Both the position numbers and the translations under genes were made by a program. Positions 21,701 through 31,920 of a stretch of DNA of 64,000 nt are shown here, in pieces (position 1 is the stretch's first letter; every line of letters begins with the position of its first letter). Source of the DNA: a virus (Duplodnaviria; Caudoviricetes); the IMG/VR virus record IMGVR_UViG_3300032270_000543, positions 32,001 through 96,000 of that record; one strand, written 5' to 3'. The notes beneath the pieces were generated by a model. That model did not search any database. It worked only from the letters and a program-made list of their open reading frames with translations, and was not told where the DNA came from.

Positions 21701-23694
21701 CTGATGGTTACGCTGCTAACGGAGAACACATCGACGCGAGACAGTTCAAAAATGCTTCGTCCGTTTTCAGAAATCTTGTCGCTGACAAGGATGTTTTCTT
21801 CTGGAGCAATAACCAATTGCTTCCATCTGTAGTAACCAGTGCTGTCCTGAAGATTGCTTTGATCGTAGACAATTGGCATTGTCACGCGGATTCCGCCTTC
21901 GGTGAATCCCGCAAGACGATTGTCTGCATTGTTTGTTATATTGAGTGTTACACTGCTACCATCTGTCGTTCCTTGAGCGGTGACAAATGCAGAATCAAGT
22001 TGCAGAGCAAGTCCATCGGAGTTGACTAGTTGAATTTCGGATATCACAGAAGAGATATCGCGGTTCAGAGGAAAGCGATATACCGTTCCTGTTTCAGCCT
22101 TCAGAGTTTCAGAAAACTCATTGATGGTAAGCGTAATTGTCATTACGCTATTGCCGTAAGTGAAGAAATCTGTCAGGTCATCGCTTGTTGCCTTGCCTGT
22201 AAACTTCAAGTTCTTGATAGCGTTAACGGCATACGATGGCTTGAGTTCAAACACCAAACTCTGATTTGCCGTAGACACTCCAGCAGAGGTCACGGTTGCC
22301 TTTCCAAGTATGGTTCCATCACCAACAGATTTAATGGTTCCGATGTTGCCTACCGCAACCGCTCCCGAAACTCCATACAGGTACAGATTGTACTGATATC
22401 CACTGGTTGAACCAGACGGTATTGCTCCGTGAACAAAACCAGTAGCAGTCCGAGTTCCTGCGTTATTGATGAATTCGATTGCAGCAGCACCACCGTTTAC
22501 CGTAGTGATTCCGCTGCCGAATGTAGTTCCGTAATCAGTGGCATTTCCGATTGTGACTCCATAGATGTTTCCAACGGAAAAATCCAAGAAAATGTTGTTC
22601 TCGTCTACCGTGGTTCGTGCCTTGTCCACGGAAAGTGTCTGTGGATACGCAGACTCAAGTTCATGCCCAAGCACATAGGCTTTGCCTGTTCCAAGCACGA
22701 TGTTGAACATTGTTTCATCGGACGCGCTCTTGATACTTACATCGAAAGGTCGAACCGTATAAGAACCCGATTCATCATATGTACGGCGAGCAAGAGTGTT
22801 TTCAATCTCTCCATAGGTGATCCGTTCGACCTTCTTGGTGATCGTGCCGTCTTCAAAACGGATAAGTTCAAGAAAATCAGTGGGAGTTTCGGTTAGATCA
22901 GCCTGTGCGAGTGTGAGTTCAATCTTGTAGCGGTCAGCACCAGGCGCATTGTAGTTGTACGAACCAATTGCAGTATCACGGAGAGTATTGTCTTCTTGAT
23001 CGGTAACATAGTTGCGATACAGAGAGAAGCCAACCTTTTTATTCAACTCGGCAAAATCCGTACCAAACTGAAAGTCGCGGTACTTTCCTGTGGTGTTGCT
23101 GTAGTACGGAGAGAAAGTCTGATCGCTTGTTGTAACGAAAAAACCATCAACATAGAACACACCACCGCCAACGGTGATAAGTTTGCACTTTCCGCTGTTC
23201 CACGAGTTTCCGTTTTCAGTACCAAACACGCCACCTACTAGCAGAGTTCCGTCTGCAAGAGTAATCGTAAATTGGTTGTCTGCAAAAGCAGTTCCTGAAG
23301 TATAATCCACAACCAGCACAAGTTTGTTGTCTGTTGCAGAATCTGGATTCACATAATGAACAACTTTCGCGCTGATAGCCGAATCAGAGGTCTTTAGGAT
23401 CGCGCCCATCAGCGCAGAATAATCGTAAATACCGTAAGCATTCAGTGCATCCACAGACATCATAATGAACGAGGTGGTGCGAATGGAGATGTTTCCACCG
23501 ACAACCCGCGATCCGTCCTTGAACAGATTGTCACCAATCTTTGAAATTTGATTCTGAAGAATCGTCTGTGCCTGTGTCAATTCACGGGCTTGCAAAGCGT
23601 AGCCAGGCTTGAACAACACCCGCAGAAACGCTTTCTGTGCGTCAAAATCGTCATAGTACGGGCTGATGTTGAAAATGCTAGGATCGTATGCCAT
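18778..23694 (-). CDS. Large virion structural protein (DUF4815/VrlC-like)
   Basis: FNISPYYDDFD...RVLFKPGYALQARELTQAQTILQNQI; APGADRYKI; LARRTYDESG; DPLAQTF. Confidence 0.88.
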   Translation of the reverse strand: MAYDPSIFNISPYYDDFDAQKAFLRVLFKPGYALQARELTQAQTILQNQISKIGDNLFKDGSRVVGGNISIRTTSFIMMSVDALNAYGIYDYSALMGAILKTSDSAISAKVVHYVNPDSATDNKLVLVVDYTSGTAFADNQFTITLADGTLLVGGVFGTENGNSWNSGKCKLITVGGGVFYVDGFFVTTSDQTFSPYYSNTTGKYRDFQFGTDFAELNKKVGFSLYRNYVTDQEDNTLRDTAIGSYNYNAPGADRYKIELTLAQADLTETPTDFLELIRFEDGTITKKVERITYGEIENTLARRTYDESGSYTVRPFDVSIKSASDETMFNIVLGTGKAYVLGHELESAYPQTLSVDKARTTVDENNIFLDFSVGNIYGVTIGNATDYGTTFGSGITTVNGGAAAIEFINNAGTRTATGFVHGAIPSGSTSGYQYNLYLYGVSGAVAVGNIGTIKSVGDGTILGKATVTSAGVSTANQSLVFELKPSYAVNAIKNLKFTGKATSDDLTDFFTYGNSVMTITLTINEFSETLKAETGTVYRFPLNRDISSVISEIQLVNSDGLALQLDSAFVTAQGTTDGSSVTLNITNNADNRLAGFTEGGIRVTMPIVYDQSNLQDSTGYYRWKQLVIAPEENILVSDKISENGRSIFELSRVDVFSVSSVTIRNAVTAETSDVTDYFEYDDGQREAYYTYGRLVVKPSYVAEVASWDAEDTLTVSYSYFEHRGLASAPFVGKLSYPDISYGAIPLFTNTRTGNTVSLANCLDFRHVHPDSSFVMKPYGTSEFSIGEFTATEVSYDHYLPRIDKVCLRNNPTDNSAQFFVVSGTPDLSPSTPADVEDALTICTLSVPAYTHSPSNVSVTQVDTQRFTMADIGKIQKRVDDIEVFTKLSLSEAEIEARSLKTSSAATEPLKTSVYSDEFFGHSVADVSSGENICSVDYEWGELRPFFTEYKPTLTITELSGTTLSADGIITLNYSGVTYIENKQYTKTVKVNPSNTLNWLGFMQLSTSVSPFFDLEYRPVVKTNSLSENDNWLSSNANNARGFGTQWNDWESLWTGIPQTPEEQDEINKRTFEVPHSNNSSVIPNINSGSVHVGSSRSVDTLNQKTSNFIRQARMKNRIKTVVGSRVVDRSVVPYVPSSVIGVTAHGLKPNTGVSVYFDGDTVISGITTDFTGTVSGVTFSIPAGQFLAGEKVVRISDSASAENATTAAEVVYYCTGILNQRDSGCVSTRPPVLRRRTVGSEGIVKDPFNVDLAYDVLENSAWCDPLAQTFFVDRKANPEGIFLKSLTLFFATKDSSLPVTVQIRPTVNGYPSPSVVVPFSTVTKQASAVNADANSPSGTVFKFSSPVFLESGEYAICIIANSNLYSLYAVGSSINTTANGDAIAGRGGNNQRVGTLYFPQGIGPAVQDNNTDLMFTMERCVFIGNNNTVTFSTTNCSAKQIIKFAASEVSPVGCRITRRVENTAIANNENLYLRNMLENSPQLRYTLSNGASTAVSPILDTQTLYGVGIEMRLNDTTPSSYVSRVVTLDPDVVSNGLQVFLDANLPSTAQIAVYFRCSQTGESDIFTKPWTALDRKNASFTSTSELDFREAVYRFYDANKEFKSYQVKVDMWSENGSSATYYETPALKNVRTISFYL

Positions 23695-23704
23695 GTGTTC
23701 CTCT

Positions 23705-26107
23705 TCAGAAGCCTAGACGGAGCCTGAACTCTTCCTTTTGACCAGGAATTCTATTGATGGCTCGTATATTGTCTATGTATAACACCTCGCCCGAGTTCCT
23801 GTCGATCTCTGGTTTCACCGAATCGTATGCAATATACGCTCCGACCGTGGCTCCAACAGCAAAGTTGGTGCCCAAAGTTGCACCCGTGGAACCACGACGA
23901 TTGTCTTGAACTGTCTTGAATACCCCAAGGACATCCGTCAGCCACAAGTTTCCATAAGATGCGTTGACATAATCCCACTGGTATACGATTCCAGATGCGT
24001 AGTCAGAAGAGTAACTTCCACTGACTCCCTGCTGAATAAAGTCTCCATTCGAGAAAGAAGTCCGTGTCAGAGGAGATGCAGTGACATCAACCGCGCCAGT
24101 GATGCCACTGACACTAGTGGTAAGCATCAGTTTGTGCAGACCACAATAGGATGGGCTGTTGCTTTCGTCAAAATACGGCTCACTTACCTCAAGAACTTTG
24201 AACATCTTATTGTTCGTTCCTTCGGTGTACATGGTGACCGCACCATCTACTTCGTTTAGCACCCAAACATATTCACCATATTTTGGTTTGATGGCTATGA
24301 TGTCGGCTGTGGCTCCAGACTCAACGCCAGTCAAATAGTTGGATGTGCCTGTGACAAAACCCCCATCAAGATACCTGACTTCCATAGTATATCCACTTGA
24401 CGATAGCACCTGTCCCGTGGAAATAATGTCGTATGAAAAGGAAACTCCGCTTGGCAGTGTTGTACCAGCCAGAATTGTCTGCTTGACTGTTTCTCCAATA
24501 TGATACGGAAATCTAGGTGCAGACTCGAAAGACAAAACATAATCATTCGGACGATCCAGATAAGTAACGAACCCACCAGAATTATTAAGCACTTTCACCG
24601 TTACTCGGGTCTGATCTTCAAGAGTCGAGGGCTTATTGGAGGAAACAACCTTGCAAGTAGTGATGGTTTCGGTTCCAACAATCAGATTGGTGCCGCTAGT
24701 CTTGAATATCGTTCCCTGTATGAGTGATGGGCTGCTTCCCTCGTAACTCATAATGATGTCTCTGTAATACGGAGTATTTTTACCAGCAATTGAACCAGAG
24801 CCATCGCTCAACACAGGATTTTTGATTATTCCAAACTGACGATACGATCCACCCGTAATGAATTTCTCTGAGTCGTACTCAGACAGATTGATGATGAGCA
24901 GAATATCCTTTGCATTCAGTTCTCGCAGAATATTGCTGCCGTGTCCTCCTTTGGGAGACAACACAGTGGTCAGTGTAGGTGCTGTTGTACCAACCTTGAC
25001 AGGGGTTCCAACCGCTGCATCTGCTCGGGAATAGTTGTGCCCACCATCAAACAGATCGACTCCAATAATGCTGTCTCCCGTACTTCCTCCCATTATTGGG
25101 AAGGCATAAGCACCAGATCCATCACCGTATATTTTGATGTACGGAATGATCTCAACGGACGCAAAGGACTGATCTCCCTGACCAGGCGTGACACGGAATC
25201 CCTGAACATCATCGGTGAGATAGAATGTTGCGCGGGGCTGACCAAACGCAGTCTCGTATATTGCATTGGTGATGATTGCGTAGTTACCAATTTCGGCAGG
25301 ATCTTGGTTACTGTTATCGACACGCACCACATAACCAATATACTGAGAAATGCTGGTTGATTGAATCTTGCCAGCACCACCGAAAGCATTTGGGTCTGTG
25401 ACCGTAATCGAACGGATGCCGCCCCCAACATCAGAATTGAATTCAGCAACACGAATGGTTGGACCGCTTCCGCTATTCGTGATCGTGTACGGATACTGCC
25501 CGTTTGTCAAGGTAGTATCAATTCGAGTAATCGAACCGTTTACTGCCTCTAGTTGGGTTGTGTATTGATTTACAGTTTCGGTGTCCGTGCTTGTTGTGAC
25601 AAAATCAACAGGAATGTAGTCCGTCAGATCATAAGGAAGATCGGTTTCCTTTATCGTTCCGAGATACTTCCAAACATAACCTTCCCCCGTCTTGAACGGA
25701 GACACGATGGTTTGATTGGGCTTGTCGGTTGACTTGATGCCACCGTTGTTGGACAAGCACTTGTAGATGTTGTTGTCTTCTGTTACCACATAAAAGAGAA
25801 CGGGATTGCTTTCAGAAAACAGATCAATGGTATCATCGTACTGGCTATACACCGTTCCAGATGTCCAAGTATGACGGGGAAGCGCGAACAGTATGTTCTG
25901 CGGGTTCAATTTCTTATATGCAATAATGTTGTTCAGAACGGTGTATTCGCTCTTTACAGAATCGACATATGGATCTGGAGAGTTGGGATCAGTCCACTCC
26001 GTTGTCTTGGCGACAAAGAAGAAATACTGGTTGCTGTTACGCTCCAGTTCAGCCAAGAAGTTCTCGGCATACGACCGCTTGATTGATGCTTTTAGGTAAC
26101 TAGCCAT
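23705..26107 (-). CDS. gp8: Baseplate wedge subunit
   Basis: YKCLSNNGG..STDKP, GYVWKYL, SPKGGHGSN..REL, YRQFGIIKNP, SGEVLYIDNIRAINR...EE. Confidence 0.88.
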   Translation of the reverse strand: MASYLKASIKRSYAENFLAELERNSNQYFFFVAKTTEWTDPNSPDPYVDSVKSEYTVLNNIIAYKKLNPQNILFALPRHTWTSGTVYSQYDDTIDLFSESNPVLFYVVTEDNNIYKCLSNNGGIKSTDKPNQTIVSPFKTGEGYVWKYLGTIKETDLPYDLTDYIPVDFVTTSTDTETVNQYTTQLEAVNGSITRIDTTLTNGQYPYTITNSGSGPTIRVAEFNSDVGGGIRSITVTDPNAFGGAGKIQSTSISQYIGYVVRVDNSNQDPAEIGNYAIITNAIYETAFGQPRATFYLTDDVQGFRVTPGQGDQSFASVEIIPYIKIYGDGSGAYAFPIMGGSTGDSIIGVDLFDGGHNYSRADAAVGTPVKVGTTAPTLTTVLSPKGGHGSNILRELNAKDILLIINLSEYDSEKFITGGSYRQFGIIKNPVLSDGSGSIAGKNTPYYRDIIMSYEGSSPSLIQGTIFKTSGTNLIVGTETITTCKVVSSNKPSTLEDQTRVTVKVLNNSGGFVTYLDRPNDYVLSFESAPRFPYHIGETVKQTILAGTTLPSGVSFSYDIISTGQVLSSSGYTMEVRYLDGGFVTGTSNYLTGVESGATADIIAIKPKYGEYVWVLNEVDGAVTMYTEGTNNKMFKVLEVSEPYFDESNSPSYCGLHKLMLTTSVSGITGAVDVTASPLTRTSFSNGDFIQQGVSGSYSSDYASGIVYQWDYVNASYGNLWLTDVLGVFKTVQDNRRGSTGATLGTNFAVGATVGAYIAYDSVKPEIDRNSGEVLYIDNIRAINRIPGQKEEFRLRLGF

Positions 26108-26119
26108 TTATGTCCTCTA

Positions 26120-29014
26120 TCATACGCTTGTGTATGTATCGCCTGTCAACACTGTTCCATTCGCAAGCACAGTTCCTTCAGACTTGTATATGAGTATCGG
26201 CATATTGAAGAAGTTGGTCAGTGTGATTCCCGAGAATGAAATTCCGCTTGGAATGGTTGTCAGATTTTTTGTATTTGGGTGGTGCTGTATTGCCCAATAT
26301 GTCACTCCGAACGGATATGTGCTTGGATGTGCCTGTTTGTATGAATCTGGTAGAGCGGCGTCTAGTTTGTATTTACGCGACAAGTAACCATATACATTCT
26401 TGCGCTCTTGATCGTTCAACTTACGATTGAACACAATCACTTCATAAAGAACTCCGCGGAATCCATAAGAAGGATTCGCTGTGACACCTCTAACCCACGA
26501 TGCTGTACCAAAAACATTGTCAGAAGACACACCACTCAGATGATATGCTCCAAATCTTCCAATATTGATGGCAGCATCACACAAAGGAATACGAGAATCC
26601 GAATACGGCTCGTCATTTGCAGAAACACGAATTCCCGTAGACCGCGATTGATTGATTGCGGGATCTCCATTTGCAAAAGCGTAAAGACCGTCTTTCTCTC
26701 TCGCTACTTCTCCGACCACCACGCCCGTACTTGCTCCAGACACATGAGGATCATAGGAAATGCTTACTCGGTTAAAAGTATAATCAATAGGAATGATTCC
26801 ACTGTAATCAACCGCTCCCCAAGGGCGCATTCCGATCATTCCCGTTCCAGTTGGATATCTCTTTGTGCCGTCACTCGCAATAGTGTAAAATTTGGATGTC
26901 TGCTGCGCGGGATTTGCGTCAACAGAGTTCCACGAACGAGAGAATATGATGTAGTCAGAAAAACTCTTGAAGTAACTGTCTGTGAACTTCTTGTTCGAAG
27001 ACACCAATCCAAGACCGTAATACGGTGAATCAACAACTGGTCGATAGACCATGATGACATCCATATCGGCAGTAAAGGTGATTCCATTTTTCAGATAGAA
27101 GTGGCGACCAACAAGAAGTTTTTCACCCGTAGAACCTGGAACAAAGGTTAGAGATGTGCCAAGAGTGTATCCCGAACGAAACTCGTATCCTGAAGTTCTG
27201 TAAACTCCTGCTTCATTCCATACAGTTTGTGGACCACAAATGACTCCACCGTCAAAAGATATTCCTGTGGCTCCAACAACTCCATTATCGTTTATGACCA
27301 AAGTTGGGCGCAGTTGATCCACAGTAACACCAGCATATGCCCCATTGGTTGTCCATCTATCCCATGTTGGAGGAACAGCATGATTTCCGCTAGGAGAAGC
27401 ATCTAGCCAAAAATCCATGCTTGCACCGTTGGCTACCGATCCGCACACACCAATATTTTCTGGCTTGAGCCACAATACAAGCCCACGCATACCCTGTGGA
27501 CTCAAACGACTTTCGTTTCCGCTGTACCACGAAGTGGTGCTACCCAGTGGGGCACCGATAGGATTGTGAGCAGTTCGTCCACCCTCGGGAACATAGCAAT
27601 ATGTGTATCCCAGTGATGTTCCAACGAACAGAGTTCCTAGAGATGTGGTCTTTCCACTTGGTCCTGCTTGGAGAGTGCTGCCGATAAACGGATTGTAGCC
27701 TAGCGGATACAGATCGCCTGTTGCTCCCAACCAATATCCGCTAGAGGTGACTCCGTTTGCACGCAGATCAAGAGTTGTTCCAAATTTATACGGCGTGTAC
27801 TTACCAACAATCGGCGTTTCTTTCTCCGTCATTTGCGACGAAGACACTGGTGTGTTTTGAAGTCCGCGTTTGACTAGAATGCTTCCAAACATACGCATAC
27901 CAGCAGGGTGAGCAATGGTTTTCAGAACCGAAAAGTATCGGTCAAAAGAAACCTCGCTCTTCAACTCATACGAAAAATCCTGATAGTAGTTTCCGTCTTG
28001 GATGTGCTTGTTAGACGAAACCTTGCCATGATTTCCTTGAAAGTATCCAGGATAGTTTGTAATGGCAGTCTTCACGCCAATGATCTTCGCGGTCTGTTTT
28101 CCGTTTGCAGAAATGATTGTGAGTACAAGACTGTCGGCAAAATACCGCAAGCCTGAGTTGATGATCGACACTTTTTTGATAGAGCCACCATATCCAGTCT
28201 GTTCTATCTTTGCTTTGAAGCCTGCTCCTGTTGTGTCAATCACAGTTGCGTACTCTCCAACTGAATATCCGTTGCCTGGCAATTCAATAAAGAGTTCACC
28301 AAGCACAGAATACGCATATTCGGTGTAGTCGCCTTCTGCTGTTTGTATAGTAACATTCTGCTCAGGCAAAAACTCACCGCTGATGTTCGTCAAAAAGAAT
28401 TCGGTGACAGGCAATCCATTTGCTGTATACTGAACCACGGAATCTACGAATGCAGAAGCCCGCGTTTCGGAGCCAGCATTCTGAACAATCTGTCCGCCCT
28501 TTGCTACAAACAGGTTCATTCCGTTCAGGCTTGTGGTCTTGATGGATCGTGATTCTATCCAACGACCATCAGAAGCCTTGATGATGTCTTCTTTTGGATA
28601 GTAGAAGTTGACATCACTATCATACAGCACACGGAAAACGAACTCATATGCACCTTCGGTTCCTTTGTTTCCATAGAACTCGCGTATCTTCTTCAAGACA
28701 GTTTTTTCATTTGGTGTTTCGCCATCGGTGTTGGTGGCAAAGAAACTCGGAAAACCATCAAGATATGTGTGTCTAAAGTGAGAATAGAACTGATTCAAGT
28801 TCTCGTCCACATCGGTCACACTGTCCATGTGAGCCAAAACATAACCTGAGTTATCCTTCTGCTCTAGCCACTCATAATACGCTTTGATGAAAGCAATCAA
28901 CTTTCTGTATTCAGATCGCATGAACAGCGGAAACTGCTCTTCGATGAAAGGAGACAGTATACGCTCAAGAGCGTCCGTACTGTTGTTAGTGACAATCTCC
29001 TTTATGTCTGCCAT
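26120..29014 (-). CDS. gp7: Baseplate wedge initiator with C-terminal LamG-like extension
   Basis: FIKAYYEWLE, KKIREFYGNKGT, IQDGNYYQDFSY, HPAGMRMFG. Confidence 0.8.
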   Translation of the reverse strand: MADIKEIVTNNSTDALERILSPFIEEQFPLFMRSEYRKLIAFIKAYYEWLEQKDNSGYVLAHMDSVTDVDENLNQFYSHFRHTYLDGFPSFFATNTDGETPNEKTVLKKIREFYGNKGTEGAYEFVFRVLYDSDVNFYYPKEDIIKASDGRWIESRSIKTTSLNGMNLFVAKGGQIVQNAGSETRASAFVDSVVQYTANGLPVTEFFLTNISGEFLPEQNVTIQTAEGDYTEYAYSVLGELFIELPGNGYSVGEYATVIDTTGAGFKAKIEQTGYGGSIKKVSIINSGLRYFADSLVLTIISANGKQTAKIIGVKTAITNYPGYFQGNHGKVSSNKHIQDGNYYQDFSYELKSEVSFDRYFSVLKTIAHPAGMRMFGSILVKRGLQNTPVSSSQMTEKETPIVGKYTPYKFGTTLDLRANGVTSSGYWLGATGDLYPLGYNPFIGSTLQAGPSGKTTSLGTLFVGTSLGYTYCYVPEGGRTAHNPIGAPLGSTTSWYSGNESRLSPQGMRGLVLWLKPENIGVCGSVANGASMDFWLDASPSGNHAVPPTWDRWTTNGAYAGVTVDQLRPTLVINDNGVVGATGISFDGGVICGPQTVWNEAGVYRTSGYEFRSGYTLGTSLTFVPGSTGEKLLVGRHFYLKNGITFTADMDVIMVYRPVVDSPYYGLGLVSSNKKFTDSYFKSFSDYIIFSRSWNSVDANPAQQTSKFYTIASDGTKRYPTGTGMIGMRPWGAVDYSGIIPIDYTFNRVSISYDPHVSGASTGVVVGEVAREKDGLYAFANGDPAINQSRSTGIRVSANDEPYSDSRIPLCDAAINIGRFGAYHLSGVSSDNVFGTASWVRGVTANPSYGFRGVLYEVIVFNRKLNDQERKNVYGYLSRKYKLDAALPDSYKQAHPSTYPFGVTYWAIQHHPNTKNLTTIPSGISFSGITLTNFFNMPILIYKSEGTVLANGTVLTGDTYTSV

Positions 29015-29015
29015 G

Positions 29016-30839
29016 TTATGCCTTCAGATTTTCCTTGCGGGTAGACTGCCGAACAACAGACACCTTCACAGAATCCGTATAGCCCCTGTTGACACGAACC
29101 ATCTTATTTTCAAAAACAAACAAGTCTGTGTTCTTTGGCTGAACAGTCAAAGTCAGAAGAGTCACACCAGTGGGAGAGAAAGCAGTATTAAACCGCACGA
29201 TTCCCTTCGTGTAATCTACGGTTCCGATCTTTGAATAGATCACGATCTGCTTTCCCGTGGAATCATAGTTGACCAAATTCAGAACACCGTAGCCGTCATC
29301 AGAAACCACGACATCAACGGGATCTCCACCTACTTTGGGAGTGTGCTGAAATGAACTGCTCTTTACCACGGGAGAATGACCATCGTGAGGATGGAACAGA
29401 GGATTCATAAAGTCAACCACGAATCCATTGGATGCAGTGACCGTGCTGATATTAAGCGTCTTACGCATATTCACTGTGGTCTGATTGCTTAGAATGGATG
29501 GATTCAATCCGTTGATTCCCTGAATGATTTGCGACAGATAGAAGTTTGATCCAAACGATTCAAGGCTACTGCTTGAATATGTGAGGATGTACGCAACCAC
29601 CAATGCCTTGAGTGTTCCCTCACCAAACGAGAGTAGTGCTGGATCATATGTGACAATCGTATCGAACACCAAGTCGATGTAATCTGGATCTACTATTTCA
29701 GGAACAATAGCCATTACCGCTGCATTCTTACGCAAAGTACGAACTAGAGTGGATTTCTCCTCAGTAGTGAGAGCAGAACCAGATTTTGGCTTCAGAGCAA
29801 TGAACACCTTACCGTATTGCGGTGGAGTTACTGTCTCGCCACCATATACGAAAATAGAAGAAGTATTGGGGTATTCCTTGCGGACGATTGCAGTATAGTC
29901 ATTCTCCGTTACTGCCCGCCCCTGAGTAGCGTAATACTTTGGAGCAAGGAACTTGATCTCTTCGATACTTTCTTCCTGTGTTCCACCACTCGAAACATCT
30001 GCACTTTGAATAGTGATGCTGGCTATATCTGTGCTGAAATCAGAGATGCCATTAGCAGCATCACCGTTTGTTTCCAGATATTCAATCACTATGACATTTC
30101 CTACTTCAGGCTTCTGCCCAAGGAAGTTGTCACCGAAGTACAGTTCATACATTCCCTGTTCGCGCTCTTGCAGGAAGAACACCTTTGAGGTTGGAGTCAA
30201 GTCGATGTATGAAGTCGCTAGTGTCCATGTATCAGCAAATCCATCAACATCAGTAGGAGAGTTCTGAACACGAACACGAATGGTCGAAGTGTCGATCTTA
30301 TCGTTGGGCATCAGCAGATACGATGCCTGCTTTACATTTGGGTTATAAATGTAACTGATGCGGCGCAGAGTGCCTTCATATGCCTTTACATTTTCAAACA
30401 CGCGAGTCTGCGAATTGGCATAGACTGTATCAAGCAGAACAAACCGATACTCAATTCCTGCGGGATCTATTCCACGGAAAACCGATCCGCGAGACAGATA
30501 GGTGTTCTCTGTGACATTCTCGGAATCAGCAATCTTCAAGTTCATAACACTGTACGCAGCACGCTTTGAAGCAGGAACATATCCCAGTGCTTTTGCGTGC
30601 GACACCACAGATGGACGCAGGATTGCGCTGTCAAGGAACATCTCATTGGCTACCATATTGGCATAGAACGCCTGATAGTGGGTGTTGTACGCCAGCACAT
30701 CCAAGATAGTGCTGAGAACCGACCCATCAAAATTGTAGTCCTTGAGGGTTTCCTGTGTGGACAGGTATGCCTTCAGAGAATCTTTTGTCTCATCGAAATC
30801 AAGTCCGATGATGTTGAAACTGTTGTTGGTGACTCCCAT
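29016..30839 (-). CDS. gp6: Baseplate wedge subunit
   Basis: DYNFDGSVLSTILDVLAYNTHY, EMFLDSA, QGRAVTENDY, PPQYGKVFI. Confidence 0.95.
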   Translation of the reverse strand: MGVTNNSFNIIGLDFDETKDSLKAYLSTQETLKDYNFDGSVLSTILDVLAYNTHYQAFYANMVANEMFLDSAILRPSVVSHAKALGYVPASKRAAYSVMNLKIADSENVTENTYLSRGSVFRGIDPAGIEYRFVLLDTVYANSQTRVFENVKAYEGTLRRISYIYNPNVKQASYLLMPNDKIDTSTIRVRVQNSPTDVDGFADTWTLATSYIDLTPTSKVFFLQEREQGMYELYFGDNFLGQKPEVGNVIVIEYLETNGDAANGISDFSTDIASITIQSADVSSGGTQEESIEEIKFLAPKYYATQGRAVTENDYTAIVRKEYPNTSSIFVYGGETVTPPQYGKVFIALKPKSGSALTTEEKSTLVRTLRKNAAVMAIVPEIVDPDYIDLVFDTIVTYDPALLSFGEGTLKALVVAYILTYSSSSLESFGSNFYLSQIIQGINGLNPSILSNQTTVNMRKTLNISTVTASNGFVVDFMNPLFHPHDGHSPVVKSSSFQHTPKVGGDPVDVVVSDDGYGVLNLVNYDSTGKQIVIYSKIGTVDYTKGIVRFNTAFSPTGVTLLTLTVQPKNTDLFVFENKMVRVNRGYTDSVKVSVVRQSTRKENLKA

Positions 30840-30840
30840 G

Positions 30841-31248
30841 TTACCTTATCCTCTGAAGAACTAGATTGATTCGATCTGCTCTGCCTATTCCGTTTATGGA
30901 ATATTCTACGGTGACATTGTATGTGTTTTCGTCCGCAAGCGACACTATGTCAACCAACACATCAGCGATACGAGGCTCATTGTCCAACAGCGTCTTTAAA
31001 ACTCGGTCGCGCATCTCCATAGCGGTGATGGCATCAATAGGTTCAAACAGCAGCGGACGCAGAGAGCCGCCAATGTTTGGCTGAAACAGGCGTTCACCAA
31101 ATGCGGTGGATAGCAGATTGTGTACCGAAGCCCGTATTGCCTTCTCGTCCTTTAAAAGCAACAGATCACTGGTCTTCGGACTCCGAATGAAATTCGGGTC
31201 GATATCAGTAAAGACAGGCTGATTATTGCCGCTGATCTGTGTCGCCAT
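30841..31248 (-). CDS. gp25: Baseplate wedge subunit
   Basis: AIRASVHNLLSTAFGERLFQPNIG...EPRI. Confidence 0.93.
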   Translation of the reverse strand: MATQISGNNQPVFTDIDPNFIRSPKTSDLLLLKDEKAIRASVHNLLSTAFGERLFQPNIGGSLRPLLFEPIDAITAMEMRDRVLKTLLDNEPRIADVLVDIVSLADENTYNVTVEYSINGIGRADRINLVLQRIR

Positions 31249-31919
31249 TACTTCTGCTCTGCCTTTTTGTAAGCCAGATGGTTGTTGATATTGCCTACGC
31301 TGCCCTCAATCACCTGCTCTATGGCGTTCTGCGAGATGCCTTCTTTTTCGATGGTATCTAATTCATCCGCAGAACACCAATGGCAGCACACAAATCCAAG
31401 TGGTGTAAGTCCGTCCAAACACTTCAGCGGACTGATGCTGAAGTATTCAACGCTATTTATCTCAAGTCCAGAACGGAATGCAGAGGGAGCAAGAGCCGAA
31501 ACACGAAGAATCTTGTTGCTGCTGTCCTCAAGAGTCTTGACCAGTTCCATGTAACGAGTAAGCAGAACATCTTGAGATTCAAGAATCATGCTAGTTACGC
31601 CGCTGTCACATGACTCATGGGTAACCGAGAAACGCTTGATGGAAGTTCCGTCTGCAAAAGAACCACCATTGTGAAATTGAAATACTAGACAGCGGGAAGC
31701 GCGGACGGTGATTCGCAGTTCGGTCAAGAGTTCGTGTATCTGCGAGTGCTTCACAATGAATTTTTGATTTTTCTGATGAGTCCATTTTATGGAACTGCTT
31801 TTCTTCTTCAACGCCCCGAACACACCCACACCTATGCCCATGATGACAGCACCGAGGAGTTCCCCCATGCCGACCGCGTACTCCTTCATGGACGATAGTG
31901 TGTCCTGTGCTTCTATCAT
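31248..31919 (-). CDS. Putative holin (single N-terminal TM plus GAF-like domain, T4 gpT-like topology)
   Basis: Hydrophobic segment at residues ~15-37, then ASRCLVFQFHNGG...RFSVTHE and a PLGFVCCHW GAF-like strand. Confidence 0.55.
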   Translation of the reverse strand: MIEAQDTLSSMKEYAVGMGELLGAVIMGIGVGVFGALKKKSSSIKWTHQKNQKFIVKHSQIHELLTELRITVRASRCLVFQFHNGGSFADGTSIKRFSVTHESCDSGVTSMILESQDVLLTRYMELVKTLEDSSNKILRVSALAPSAFRSGLEINSVEYFSISPLKCLDGLTPLGFVCCHWCSADELDTIEKEGISQNAIEQVIEGSVGNINNHLAYKKAEQK

Positions 31920-31920
31920 G